Assembly: GCA_965203365.1 (NCBI GenBank)
Contig: OZ241878.1
Span: 40,541-104,540, forward strand
From: Candidatus Poriferihabitaceae bacterium
GTDB taxonomy: Bacteria; Pseudomonadota; Gammaproteobacteria; Arenicellales; Poriferihabitantaceae
Length of the DNA stretch: 64,000 nt
Direction: 5' to 3'
In this document: piece after piece, positions 42,262 to 52,264 of the stretch
Layout of the letters: every line of letters begins with the position of its first letter
Numbering within the stretch: position 1 is the first letter of the stretch
Notes under the pieces: model-generated
Told to the model about the DNA's origin: nothing
Database searches by the model: none
The model's input: only the letters and a program-made list of their open reading frames with translations
Program-made: the position numbers and the translations under genes

Positions 42262-43344
42262 ATGACAGACAAAACGAAACCCCTCCATATCTCGAGCAGT
42301 GGTCGCCGAGATTTCGTGAAGAAGGTCGGTACCGGTACCGCTGGTATCCTGGCGGCCGGGACAGCGCCTTATGCGTTCTCGCAGAGCAATCCGATCAAGT
42401 GGCGCCTGCAATCTTATTCGGGTGCGCCCCTAGGGGCCCATGTGATCCTGCCGCAGATCGAATCGTTCAACAAGGTGGCCCATGGCCAGATGGAAATCGA
42501 GCTGTATTATGCGGACCAACTGGTTCCGACTGATGAATTGTTTCGGGCCATGCAGTCGGGAGCTTTGGATGCGGTGCAAAGCGATGATGCCACCATGGCG
42601 TCGCCCGTGGACATCAGCGTCTTTGGTGGGTATTTCCCGTTCTCGACCCGGTACAGCCTGGATTTGCCCGTGCTGTTCAAATATTACGGCTTGGATCAGA
42701 TCTGGGCGGAAGCGTACGGTGAGGTGGAGGGGGTGGAATGGATCAGTGCGGGAGCATGGGACCCGCTCCATATCTTTACCACGGATCCCATCCGCTCACT
42801 GGCCGATATGAAAGGCAAGCGGGTGTTCGGTGTCCCCACGGCAGGCCGTTTCCTTTCGCGCTATGGATTGATTCCGGTCACCTTGCCTTGGGATGATATC
42901 GAGGTCGCCATCGGGACAGGTGAGCTGGACGGGGTGGCTTGGTGCGGTTTCACCGAAGCCTATGAAGTCGGCTGGGCGGATGTCTGCAACTACGCCTTGC
43001 TGAACAACGTCACTGGTGCCTGGTGCGGCTCCTACTTCGCTAATACCAAGAGTTGGAACGCCCTCACACCCCAACTACAAGAGTTGTTCCGGATGTCGTG
43101 CAACGACTCGCATTACTATCGCCAGGTCTGGTACTGGGGAGGAGAAGCGAAGCTCAGGGTTGAAGGTCAGAAGATGGAACTGACCACCATCCCCGCTGAA
43201 GAATGGGATCAGGTGGTGGCAGATTCCAAGGAATTCTGGGAAGACCTGGCTTCGATCAGTCCGCGTACCCGCAAGGTGGTGGATGCGTTTCGCCAGTATT
43301 CCGAGGTGATGGAAATGGTTGGCGTTCCCTACCGTTACAGCTGA
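42262..43344 (+). CDS. TRAP transporter substrate-binding protein (DctP), Tat-exported
   Basis: SGRRDFVK twin-arginine signal, WRLQSY, PIRSLADMKGKR. Confidence 0.9.
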   Translation: MTDKTKPLHISSSGRRDFVKKVGTGTAGILAAGTAPYAFSQSNPIKWRLQSYSGAPLGAHVILPQIESFNKVAHGQMEIELYYADQLVPTDELFRAMQSGALDAVQSDDATMASPVDISVFGGYFPFSTRYSLDLPVLFKYYGLDQIWAEAYGEVEGVEWISAGAWDPLHIFTTDPIRSLADMKGKRVFGVPTAGRFLSRYGLIPVTLPWDDIEVAIGTGELDGVAWCGFTEAYEVGWADVCNYALLNNVTGAWCGSYFANTKSWNALTPQLQELFRMSCNDSHYYRQVWYWGGEAKLRVEGQKMELTTIPAEEWDQVVADSKEFWEDLASISPRTRKVVDAFRQYSEVMEMVGVPYRYS

Positions 43345-43448
43345 TACCGGTTGCGGTCTCAACCACTTGGCTCCGGGTAGCCAGTTGACCTTGGTGCTGC
43401 CACGCGACACGGGGCAGTCTGAAAGTCAATTGTCCCGGAGCCTGCCCC

Positions 43449-43553
43449 CTCTTTGAATTAATCGAAGAGCATTTGAGACAAGAGCACACGCAACTTGGCG
43501 ATGCCACCGACGATCTGCTCTTTGAATTAATCGAAGAGCATTTGAGACAAGAG
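43449..43553. CRISPR. Orphan CRISPR-like mini-array (two identical 36-nt repeats, 33-nt spacer)
   Basis: CTCTTTGAATTAATCGAAGAGCATTTGAGACAAGAG at 43449-43484 and 43518-43553; internal hairpin and ATTTGAGAC motif; no intact cas gene in the window. Confidence 0.45.
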
Positions 43554-44260
43554 AGCGGTCATTCCAGCTTCGTCAGATTCGCTGGTCCAGAGCTGTGATG
43601 AGAGTTGGGCCAGATCGAAGGGATTCGACACTCAATGCATTGGAGGATTCCACGCCATGAACAGATTGCTTGAAGTAGGCAAGTAACTACTTCATTCCGT
43701 GAAGGGCGGACCCGTTATGATCCGGCGGAATGGTCAGTGACGATTGACGGCGAGTCGTTTGTCGGCTGCGATTCTCTTGGTACCCTGCCGTCGCGGGGCA
43801 GCCGAACGGTTCGGGACAAGGTGCGATCCCCAGAGAAACGGAGGATGAGGTGCCTGATGAAGCATTCAGGCCGTCCGAGCAGTCGATTCGGAGTCCAGCC
43901 AAAACTGATCCGATGGCGGGGGATCATCGGGGGTTCCGCCAGGGCCCGACTCGGTGATGTCGACCGCCGAAGGGGGACGGCTAGTGTGAGGCCATGCGGC
44001 GCTGTTCCGTCTGGCGGCTGATGGCCAAATGGAATGGCACGCTTCAAGATAGGTTGAATTAACAATGCTGGCATTTTCAGTCATGTCAAATCTCCAAGTC
44101 ATAGAATATTATTTCGCCAGAATTGGGGTGTCCGATGAATCGTCAAGGCTACTGTAACGTAACAGACTTTCCCTGCACCACACGGTAAAATAACCGTCAT
44201 CACTACTGCCTACCTTGGTGTGTAGGTGGGGTTGACCCCCACTCAAACCCTTGGGCTCCA

Positions 44261-45301
44261 TCACGAGTCAAGGAGGGCCTGACCGAGCTTTTGCGGACCG
44301 AATCGCACGACATCCTCCACCGGCAATTCGATTTCATCTTCCAGCTTTGCGATTTCTTCCCGAGCCTCGTGTTCGGTGACCGCGACGGTATTCAGGGCGA
44401 TACCGATGGTCGTGGCGGCAGTCAGGGAACCGCAGACTCCGGCCAATGCTTCGTTGAGCCGGATGAATGCCTTGAGCGAGGGGATCTGGATCTTGGCCGG
44501 CTTCCTTAATCGTGTCATGTGGGCACGATGGCACAGGATCAACCGGTTGGCGCAGCTGCCCCTTAACAGGGGCAGCGTGGCACTGCTGCCCGGATGCAGC
44601 AGGGAGCCTTGTCCCTCAACGACAATAATGTCGTTGTTGGCCACATCCATGATCGCCGTTTCCACCGCCCCGCAGGCATGGTCCACTTTGAACGCATCCA
44701 GAGGAATACCGTGACCGGTTACGGTGATCCCTATCTGTCCGGTGGCAACGAACGCCGTGGCAATGCCTTGTTGTCGAAGCCACTGGTAGATTTCGAGTCC
44801 GGCCGTCATTTTGCCAATGGCCATGTCACTGCCCACCATGAGCAGGCGCTTGTTGTCCAATGCCGCCGCGCGTCCGGTGGCAATCTCCGGAGTGAAAGTC
44901 GGTTGGCGCACATCCCAGATCCACTGTGGGCCAGGATCGCCTAACTCATTGCCGAGTCTTTGGTTCAAACGGTCATGCAGTCCATTGACCAGCGACATGC
45001 CGAGCGCCAACGCTTGGCGAAGATGCGGGAACCACTCATCCGGTATTTGGCCACCAGAAGGCGCAATTCCCAGGACGAGCACATCTGCACCCAATTGACG
45101 GGCTTCTTTGAGTGTGCCGACCACGGGAATGGGATGCGGCAGATGGCAGACCTCCGATACCTTTTTTCCGGCATGTATGGAGTCCACGACGCACACCACC
45201 GGGTTGCGGCTATAGCGGATGACGCCGTAGCCCATTTTGCCGTAATCACTGCCAAGATGGCCTTCCATATAGACAGCCAGCTGATGATGGCCTTTCAGCA
45301 T
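44261..45301 (-). CDS. DUF1611-family protein (DgcN-like N-acetyltransferase)
   Basis: GIAPSGG, VNGLH, VGSDMAIGKMT, ATGQIG, VEGQGSL.HP, LPLLRGS. Confidence 0.88.
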   Translation of the reverse strand: MLKGHHQLAVYMEGHLGSDYGKMGYGVIRYSRNPVVCVVDSIHAGKKVSEVCHLPHPIPVVGTLKEARQLGADVLVLGIAPSGGQIPDEWFPHLRQALALGMSLVNGLHDRLNQRLGNELGDPGPQWIWDVRQPTFTPEIATGRAAALDNKRLLMVGSDMAIGKMTAGLEIYQWLRQQGIATAFVATGQIGITVTGHGIPLDAFKVDHACGAVETAIMDVANNDIIVVEGQGSLLHPGSSATLPLLRGSCANRLILCHRAHMTRLRKPAKIQIPSLKAFIRLNEALAGVCGSLTAATTIGIALNTVAVTEHEAREEIAKLEDEIELPVEDVVRFGPQKLGQALLDS

Positions 45302-46356
45302 GATGGCCAAGAAAATTCCGGTTTGAAGGCCGCTCCATGACCCGGTATCGACGCAGGCAGGACGACCCCATTCCGCAGTTTGGTGCCCACGCATGGGTCA
45401 GGGTCCAGATTCAGATGGGAGTCGAGATCCACGTGATCCACCATCCCTGTCAGTGCGGCGGCGGCGGCAATCGACAGAGACGATTCCCCCATGCAGCCCA
45501 CCATGGTCTTGAGCCCATGTTCCTTGGTGGCGGCCAGAATTCGCAGCGCCCCGGTGATGCCACCACATTTCATCAGCTTGATGTTGACTCCATCCACAAC
45601 GGTTGCCCAATGATGCACATCCTCGGCAAAATGGCAGGATTCGTCGATGAAAATCGGCAAGGGCCGGTCGGGGTACAGGGACGCCATCCCCTCTTCGTCT
45701 TCCGCCTTTAATGGCTGCTCGACATAATCCGCCCCTCTTTCGGCGAGCCACCGCATCATCGATTTGGCCGTTGCCATGTCCCATCCACCATTGGCGTCCA
45801 CCCGCAGACTGACATGGTGGTTGCGTACGCTTTCCAGAACTTGATGGTACATCGCCTGATCGGTTTCGATGCCGTCCGGTGAGCCCAGCTTGATCTTGAG
45901 TTGACGGATCCCTGTACCTTCCAACAACAGGGGTACTCTTTCCCGGATCACTTCGGGTGGATTGATCCCGATGGTGACTGATGTCGGCACGCTCGGTCGG
46001 GGGAACCCCAGCAATTGGGACAGTGACTGACCATTTTTCTTAGCGAGCCAATCCCAAAGAGCGATGTCCAGTGCCGCGAGTGCACAGGCCGGCACTTCTT
46101 GATCCAAGGCCAGATCATGGATGGCATCCACTGACAGAGACTCCAGGTCATTGGACGCCGTGAAAGATTCCAAGGCGGCCTGGGCTTCATCCACGCTGCC
46201 AGCCCCCTCGGATTTGCCAGGTGACATTTCACCGTATCCGGTGATGCCCTGCAGGGTCATGGCCAAGAACAGATTGTGTGCACCAGTACGCACTCCCCGG
46301 CTGATAGCCAGAGGAAATCGTTTCTTGAGGTAGATGGATTGGTATTGAACTCGCAC
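45295..46356 (-). CDS. Dipeptide epimerase / DgcA-like racemase (enolase superfamily)
   Basis: KIKLG, RVDANGGW, YVEQP, DES, NIKLMKCGG, GCMGE, DLD; GTG start inferred. Confidence 0.9.
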   Translation of the reverse strand: MRVQYQSIYLKKRFPLAISRGVRTGAHNLFLAMTLQGITGYGEMSPGKSEGAGSVDEAQAALESFTASNDLESLSVDAIHDLALDQEVPACALAALDIALWDWLAKKNGQSLSQLLGFPRPSVPTSVTIGINPPEVIRERVPLLLEGTGIRQLKIKLGSPDGIETDQAMYHQVLESVRNHHVSLRVDANGGWDMATAKSMMRWLAERGADYVEQPLKAEDEEGMASLYPDRPLPIFIDESCHFAEDVHHWATVVDGVNIKLMKCGGITGALRILAATKEHGLKTMVGCMGESSLSIAAAAALTGMVDHVDLDSHLNLDPDPCVGTKLRNGVVLPASIPGHGAAFKPEFSWPSC

Positions 46357-46358
46357 GA

Positions 46359-47369
46359 TCAGGAAGATTGGACCATTCTTTGTGATTGCACCGCCGTCAC
46401 AGCCGCCAGATTGACGATGTCTTGTGTGCTGCATCCCCTGGACAAATCGTTGACCGGTAGCTTAAGCCCCTGCAGTATGGGTCCGATGGCTTGAACGCCC
46501 CCTATCCGCTGGGCGATCTTGTAGCCGATGTTGGCGGATTGCAGATCGGGAAAGATGTAGACGTTGGCCGGAGCAGTGAGATGGATGGCTGGGGCTTTGC
46601 GCTGAAGTATTGCCGGGATCAGGGCCGCATCGAATTGGACTTCTGTCATCAGGGCGATGTCGGGTCGTTGTGCAGCGACCAGTCTGCCCGCAGATCGCAC
46701 CTTGTCAACGAAGGGGTGTTCAGCACTGCCAGCGGTCGAAAAGCTTAACAGCGCCACCTTGGGCTCAATCCCTGCCAGATTTCTTGCACTATCCGCTGTG
46801 TCGATGGCAATGCTTGCAAGTTGATCAGGGTCGGGATCAATGACCATGGCGCAATCGGCATAGAGAGCTGTTCCCTGGAAGGGCTGATGGGGCAGCGCAT
46901 GCTCCATCAGGAAAAAGCTGGAAACGATACGGCTGTTGCGTCGCATGCCAATGATCTGCAGCGCACTGCGTACGACATCGGCCGTGGTATGAACGGCACC
47001 GGCCACTAGACCGTCTGCCAGGTTTCCCCGGACCATAGCGGCCCCCAGCATCAGCGGGTCGGCAGCCAGTCGGTGGGCATCGTCCAGAGAGAGATGCTTA
47101 TGGCGTCGAGCGTCCTGGATGATGATCGAACACCTTTCATGGAGGTCGCCATCTCCCGGGTCGATGATACCCACCCCTTCCAGATCGATCTGTTGGGATT
47201 GAGCCTTCTCGAATATATGTTTTCGGTGGCCAATCAGGCTGATTTTGGCCAATTCGTCCCGAACCATCCATGATGCCGCCTGGAGTATGCGAATATCTTC
47301 TCCCTCAGGCAGGACAATGTGCCGAGGGTTTGAACGGGCCCGGCTGGCCATTTCGGCAAGAAACGGCAT
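46359..47369 (-). CDS. pta: Phosphate acetyltransferase
   Basis: IVLPEGED.R, VSSFFLM, ADCA, ALLSFST.GSA, QFDAA, FPDLQSANIGYK, DLSRGC. Confidence 0.9.
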   Translation of the reverse strand: MPFLAEMASRARSNPRHIVLPEGEDIRILQAASWMVRDELAKISLIGHRKHIFEKAQSQQIDLEGVGIIDPGDGDLHERCSIIIQDARRHKHLSLDDAHRLAADPLMLGAAMVRGNLADGLVAGAVHTTADVVRSALQIIGMRRNSRIVSSFFLMEHALPHQPFQGTALYADCAMVIDPDPDQLASIAIDTADSARNLAGIEPKVALLSFSTAGSAEHPFVDKVRSAGRLVAAQRPDIALMTEVQFDAALIPAILQRKAPAIHLTAPANVYIFPDLQSANIGYKIAQRIGGVQAIGPILQGLKLPVNDLSRGCSTQDIVNLAAVTAVQSQRMVQSS

Positions 47370-48046
47370 GGAAATAAGGGAAGAAATGATGGCGGTTCCA
47401 ATTGTCGACACGACACCTGGATTGTATCAATGAGTGAAGAACAGTTGGAATGACTCTCGAGGTCCTGACAGCCTACAGGCAGCGTTCACCATTCGGTTGG
47501 CCCTTCATATGCTTCACTCTCGCCAGAGCCTTCGGCACATTGTCTTGGGTGCGTTCCGTCAAAGCATGGAGAAAATCCGGTCCAATTATTCCCGTTCATC
47601 CAGAAAGTCGGTGAGGGTTCCATCATGATCCCCACCAGTCAGATTTTCCTAATGACCCATGTTGCGAAATGCGATTCCGGTTCGAGACGGACTCGCTGGC
47701 TGATCCCCTCATTGCGCTTCACTGATGAACGATACCGAGACCCGGGATGTCAAGGAACCGCTCGGCGCGACCGGTTCGCATCTCTCGTAATCCATCGTGT
47801 GGAACGAGGTGGAACCTGGCAGCGAAGATGAAAGGCGACAATCTTTTCTATCATCGTGCAAGACCCGGATACCCGCATAATGCCTGCTTACGATACCGAG
47901 ACTCCCCGATTCATGCTGAATGATCATACTCCGTCCGACCTGCCGCGGGACCTGCCGCTACTTCTCATGACTTGCCTGGGTGTGACCGTCTTTCGAGACT
48001 GCCATACTTGGAAATGGCTATATCACGACACCATAAATGGTTTGTT

Positions 48047-49309
48047 TCAGGAACTGGCAGCCGCATAGATTGTCAGTAGTAATTCGGAATCATCAATCAA
48101 TCGATATTCCGGTAATTTTCCAGCTAATTGTTCACTTTCCGAGAAAATGATCGGCACGCCTTCTCCCCGCTTGTCCATGATGTGGGTGCGATGTCTAACC
48201 AAATCATCTTGTTCAATTGGGCAACGCGCCAATTGACTGGTGATTGCTTCATTTCTGGAAGCCTGCCGATATGGCAGGCTTTCTGGGGTCATAGTGTTCA
48301 CTAAAAACCCCGGTGTGAACAACTCTATTCGATCATCAAATAGCCGAAGCCGAACCTTGCTACCTGACATGGAATAATCTCGATGGGCTACCGAATTAGC
48401 TATCGCCTCGAACACGGCCAGCATGGCATATTGTGGAATATCCTCACGACCGCCCTCTGAGCTTTTTCTCGCCGCTACTCGCATGTTCTTTCGAACAAAC
48501 TCACAAGCGCCCATGATCTGCTGGTCCAACGGTCCGGTGATATCTTGGGCATCACGTTGATAGGCTGCATCAGAGTGTAAGGATATTGCCACTCCATAGT
48601 ATGCAACGGCTTGAATGTATGCATTGGGAAGAAACCGATGAGGTTGTCTGGACGCCAGTAGCATGCCAGCGACTGTGGGTCGCCAATTGCCGATATCATC
48701 CTGCCGCGCCATGCCCAGCTTGGAGAGAAACTGTCCCGTCGAATCGGAGGTTAGTGGCGTAGCAAAGCGGCTCCAAAGGGCTTTATCCAAGTCATCTAGT
48801 GTGGCATGCGATACGGGAGTTTCGTCAAATCGGATCAGTCCTGCCTGACTGCGCTGCTGAAATAACCGTGCCAATTGATCAGGAGGAATGGGTCGCTTCG
48901 AAGATCCGACTCGATGAAAATATCCCCCCGGACTCTGGTGAACAAACACACTCGGGGGCACTTCAATGCGCATGACTGGCTTCTCACGCCCCAAACCATC
49001 CCGCAAATTCATTCGTTCGATGACAGCAACGCCGGGTGGTTTCAGGGAATCCTCACATGCTTGCCTGACTATGGTTTCCACAGCATCCAATCGCTCAATC
49101 GGAATGCCCTGCACTTCGCGTGTTTCATCATGGACACCCAACAACAGCACTCCCCCGCGTGAGTTGGCGAAGGCGGCGAGCTCATCGGCAAGTGTATCTT
49201 GCTCTGGCCCTCGTATTTTGCCACCCGCAAAGCGAACGGCTTTCAATTCCAGGAAGTTGTCTTCCCCGAGTCTGATCTTTTCCAGTAATTCACTGCGTGT
49301 GGCGAACAT
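48047..49309 (-). CDS. AlbA_2 (Schlafen-like) domain + HATPase_c_4 domain protein
   Basis: GED..LELK, AFANSRGGVLLLGVHD, FEAIANSVAHRDY, FDDRIELFTPG, RNEAI, RGEG; start 1 nt after the PHP-ATPase stop. Confidence 0.85.
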   Translation of the reverse strand: MFATRSELLEKIRLGEDNFLELKAVRFAGGKIRGPEQDTLADELAAFANSRGGVLLLGVHDETREVQGIPIERLDAVETIVRQACEDSLKPPGVAVIERMNLRDGLGREKPVMRIEVPPSVFVHQSPGGYFHRVGSSKRPIPPDQLARLFQQRSQAGLIRFDETPVSHATLDDLDKALWSRFATPLTSDSTGQFLSKLGMARQDDIGNWRPTVAGMLLASRQPHRFLPNAYIQAVAYYGVAISLHSDAAYQRDAQDITGPLDQQIMGACEFVRKNMRVAARKSSEGGREDIPQYAMLAVFEAIANSVAHRDYSMSGSKVRLRLFDDRIELFTPGFLVNTMTPESLPYRQASRNEAITSQLARCPIEQDDLVRHRTHIMDKRGEGVPIIFSESEQLAGKLPEYRLIDDSELLLTIYAAASS

Positions 49310-49310
49310 T

Positions 49311-52130
49311 TCAGACCTCACGACCCAATCGGGCCCAGCGTCGAGAGAAAGCTTCCCGACCACCTTCCATCACTCGGCATACTTCTTCTCGAACGGACTT
49401 ATCCTGCAATGCTCCACATTCGAAAACTCGACATTGACCGCGACGGAAGTCAAGGGCGTGCACCATCTCCGCATCTCCATTCACCACAATATTGGGGTTG
49501 TGGGTGATAATAATCAGTTGTCGTCGCAGCTTGTTCTCACGAATCTGGCGCACAATCAAATCATATATCAGGTGGTTGTCCAAATCGTCTTCTGGTTGAT
49601 CCAGCACCAATGGTTCATCACCAAACGCGAGTAGAAAGGCCAATAATGCGGCAGAACGTTGGCCCTGAGACCCTTGAGTAATTGCCACCCAGTTATCACC
49701 ATCGCCACTTCGACTGTATTGAATGCGTAGGTCATCTTCAGGGAACCAACATTTGATATGATCTTCAAATTCTGGTCGTTCAAGTTTACGTTTGAGAAAG
49801 TTCTTAAAATGCCCACCGAACTTTTCTTGATCAGCTGATATCAGATACTGCTTCATCATTTTCAGAACTTCCTCTCGATCTTCACTTTTAGACTGTGCCA
49901 ATTCGAATGCCAACCCGCTCATAGGTTCCTCATCAACAACCCACAGAATATCATTTTCGAATCGGTCATCTCGACAGTCCAAAAGATCGCGTAAGCTGCG
50001 TTCTATATTTCTGACCTCGAAACCAAACCGAACCACTTCAATACGGACGAAACGATTGTTTGCTAGAGTACTCTGTACAAACTGCTGCCGAGTCTCAGCA
50101 ATTGATTCTCGAGCACATAAAACCCGCTTCCACTGTGACTCGTTCTGTTCAGATATGTGATCCCTATCTTGTTGTAACTGATCCAACTGCTTCAACTGAT
50201 CCCCAAACTGTTGCCAGTCCTGGAGAAATTCTCCAAATTTATCAGGATCGGTTACTCCCTGCTTCGCCAGATCAGATTTTAATTTCTTATAATCTAACTG
50301 TTTACGACTCACACTTTGCCGCCATTCTTTAAGTCGATCATCTGTGTCAATTATGTTGACTTTATCCATCAGGTTGCGCACTATTTTAATAATTGCCTCT
50401 CGTGTTTCTCCCAATATTTGATCTACTTGATTTTTCCAAGATATCATATTTTGATCCTTTTTAGGGTCGAATACACCCTCTGTCCAGTCATCAAGAAACA
50501 CGTCCTGAACTAGTGATTCAATGTGATCAGGTATCCTTCTTAGTTGTTGGAGTGAAGTATTCACTTCTCTACATTGACCCACTGCCTGCTGATGTGCTTT
50601 TAATATCTCGGAATGAGCAGACTGCGAGATAGCTTCCAATTTCCGATTCAATTCATCTAACTTGCGTTTGATCTCTGGACGACTTTCCAGGCGCCCATCC
50701 ATCTCACGCAACTGAGCTCGCTGTGAGAAGTAAGTACGCTTTTCTTCTTCAAATATCCTGTGAAGGCGTCCAATATCTGCTGCTTCATCAATGACATCCA
50801 GTAATGCTTGGCTGCTGTCTCCTGCCATGGCTGCGATCTGTCCTTGAGAGAACAATCGAACTGGGAACCGTTCTGTTGTTAGTGCTTGGCTAGGTGAATT
50901 TTTCCATTTTCCAAAATTATCCTGTTCTTCAACCACCCCCCCTTTACCATCCTGACACCAAATTAGTCGGTGCATGGTGCCGTCACTTGAAATGTCGATA
51001 CGAATTTTCGTGTTGTTACGTAAAGCTCCATCTCCTTCACGACCGTCCACAGGCTTCGAAAAGCTGTCGAACTGGCGTTTGGGTTCAGCGTTCCCCCCTA
51101 AACGTCGCAGTTCCTCATCCCGACGGTATACCAAACGCAAGGAGTGGACGATCGTTGACTTGCCTGTACCACGTCCACCGATTATCGCATTGTAGTATGG
51201 ACTGAAGTTTAACTGTTCTGGTTTTCCATTTCCCATGTAGCGGGCCGAATTGACCTCGATGTGACTAATGAAGTGCGTCGGAGTCTGAAATGGCTCGAAT
51301 GTTTCTTCGTCACTTCGCCGAACCGATACGCCGTTCCCATCAAGCAGCGCCAGACGTAAACCTTCCAGTGTGGGATTAGCCATCTTAATCCAAGTATAGC
51401 GTGAACCCGGTGCACGAATTTCCTCGAAGTTATGGCAGTCGCTGCCCCAAACTCTTGCTAGCAACTTCACTTTCTTTTCTACATGGGTGGGTACCGGAAG
51501 TGTAGTATCCAACCATTCAATCGCCAGCAATTCTTCATTTGCCATCACTTGTCGTATCATGCCAGAGTCCAAGGCGCATTCATGTGTCCCAGGATTTACG
51601 CGAAGCAATCCCTTTTTCTGATCCGAATGAGCAGGGATGGGGATGCCACCTGCACCCAGCACCTCTCTCATTACATCAGTGGCACTGGCCTCCGTTACAC
51701 CGTCACTATCACCATTGGTACCTCTGTAACGAACAGATGCAAGAAGGTCGTTTATCGTTTGAGTTGAACCTGTAGGATCGAAGATTGCTAGCAAGTGGAA
51801 GCCCCCATTGACGGAGATTTCCACACCGGGAAATAGTATTATCTCCCGAAAGTGACTTGGTTGTGTTCTGTTTTCTGCCTGCCGCCGCATCTTTTTGTAA
51901 GCAGCTTTTAATTTGTCAATCCATTCTCCAGTGTTATGATCAGTAACTGCAACGCATTCGATGCCAGCTTCCATGTACTTGAGCAACCATTTTTCTGGTG
52001 TCAGTTCGTTATCGGTACCTTTCCACTGCTGCCAACAACCCGTGTCATGAGAGGCGGGTGTATGTGTATGGAAGTCAAATTTCCACCAACGAGAACCGGG
52101 ATATGACCAATTTTTCTGGCTGTAGTTCAT
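49311..52130 (-). CDS. PHP phosphoesterase - ABC/SMC-like ATPase fusion (TrlF-family / Ppl-like defence protein)
   Basis: PHP motifs DFHTHTP, AVTDHN, PGVEI, AHSD, GSDCH; Walker A GGRGTGKS, coiled coil, signature SQGQR, Walker B LDQPEDDLD, ITHNPN. Confidence 0.87.
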   Translation of the reverse strand: MNYSQKNWSYPGSRWWKFDFHTHTPASHDTGCWQQWKGTDNELTPEKWLLKYMEAGIECVAVTDHNTGEWIDKLKAAYKKMRRQAENRTQPSHFREIILFPGVEISVNGGFHLLAIFDPTGSTQTINDLLASVRYRGTNGDSDGVTEASATDVMREVLGAGGIPIPAHSDQKKGLLRVNPGTHECALDSGMIRQVMANEELLAIEWLDTTLPVPTHVEKKVKLLARVWGSDCHNFEEIRAPGSRYTWIKMANPTLEGLRLALLDGNGVSVRRSDEETFEPFQTPTHFISHIEVNSARYMGNGKPEQLNFSPYYNAIIGGRGTGKSTIVHSLRLVYRRDEELRRLGGNAEPKRQFDSFSKPVDGREGDGALRNNTKIRIDISSDGTMHRLIWCQDGKGGVVEEQDNFGKWKNSPSQALTTERFPVRLFSQGQIAAMAGDSSQALLDVIDEAADIGRLHRIFEEEKRTYFSQRAQLREMDGRLESRPEIKRKLDELNRKLEAISQSAHSEILKAHQQAVGQCREVNTSLQQLRRIPDHIESLVQDVFLDDWTEGVFDPKKDQNMISWKNQVDQILGETREAIIKIVRNLMDKVNIIDTDDRLKEWRQSVSRKQLDYKKLKSDLAKQGVTDPDKFGEFLQDWQQFGDQLKQLDQLQQDRDHISEQNESQWKRVLCARESIAETRQQFVQSTLANNRFVRIEVVRFGFEVRNIERSLRDLLDCRDDRFENDILWVVDEEPMSGLAFELAQSKSEDREEVLKMMKQYLISADQEKFGGHFKNFLKRKLERPEFEDHIKCWFPEDDLRIQYSRSGDGDNWVAITQGSQGQRSAALLAFLLAFGDEPLVLDQPEDDLDNHLIYDLIVRQIRENKLRRQLIIITHNPNIVVNGDAEMVHALDFRRGQCRVFECGALQDKSVREEVCRVMEGGREAFSRRWARLGREV

Positions 52131-52264
52131 GACTATTTCCTCTCGTCGTTCTACATTTCTATTCTATCTTTGGGCGATACTACGGACAATTTTTTCTTAT
52201 CACGTTCCGATTCCAAGAATCTTCTTCATTGACTCTTATTGCTGTATTTTATCCAAGATATCTG

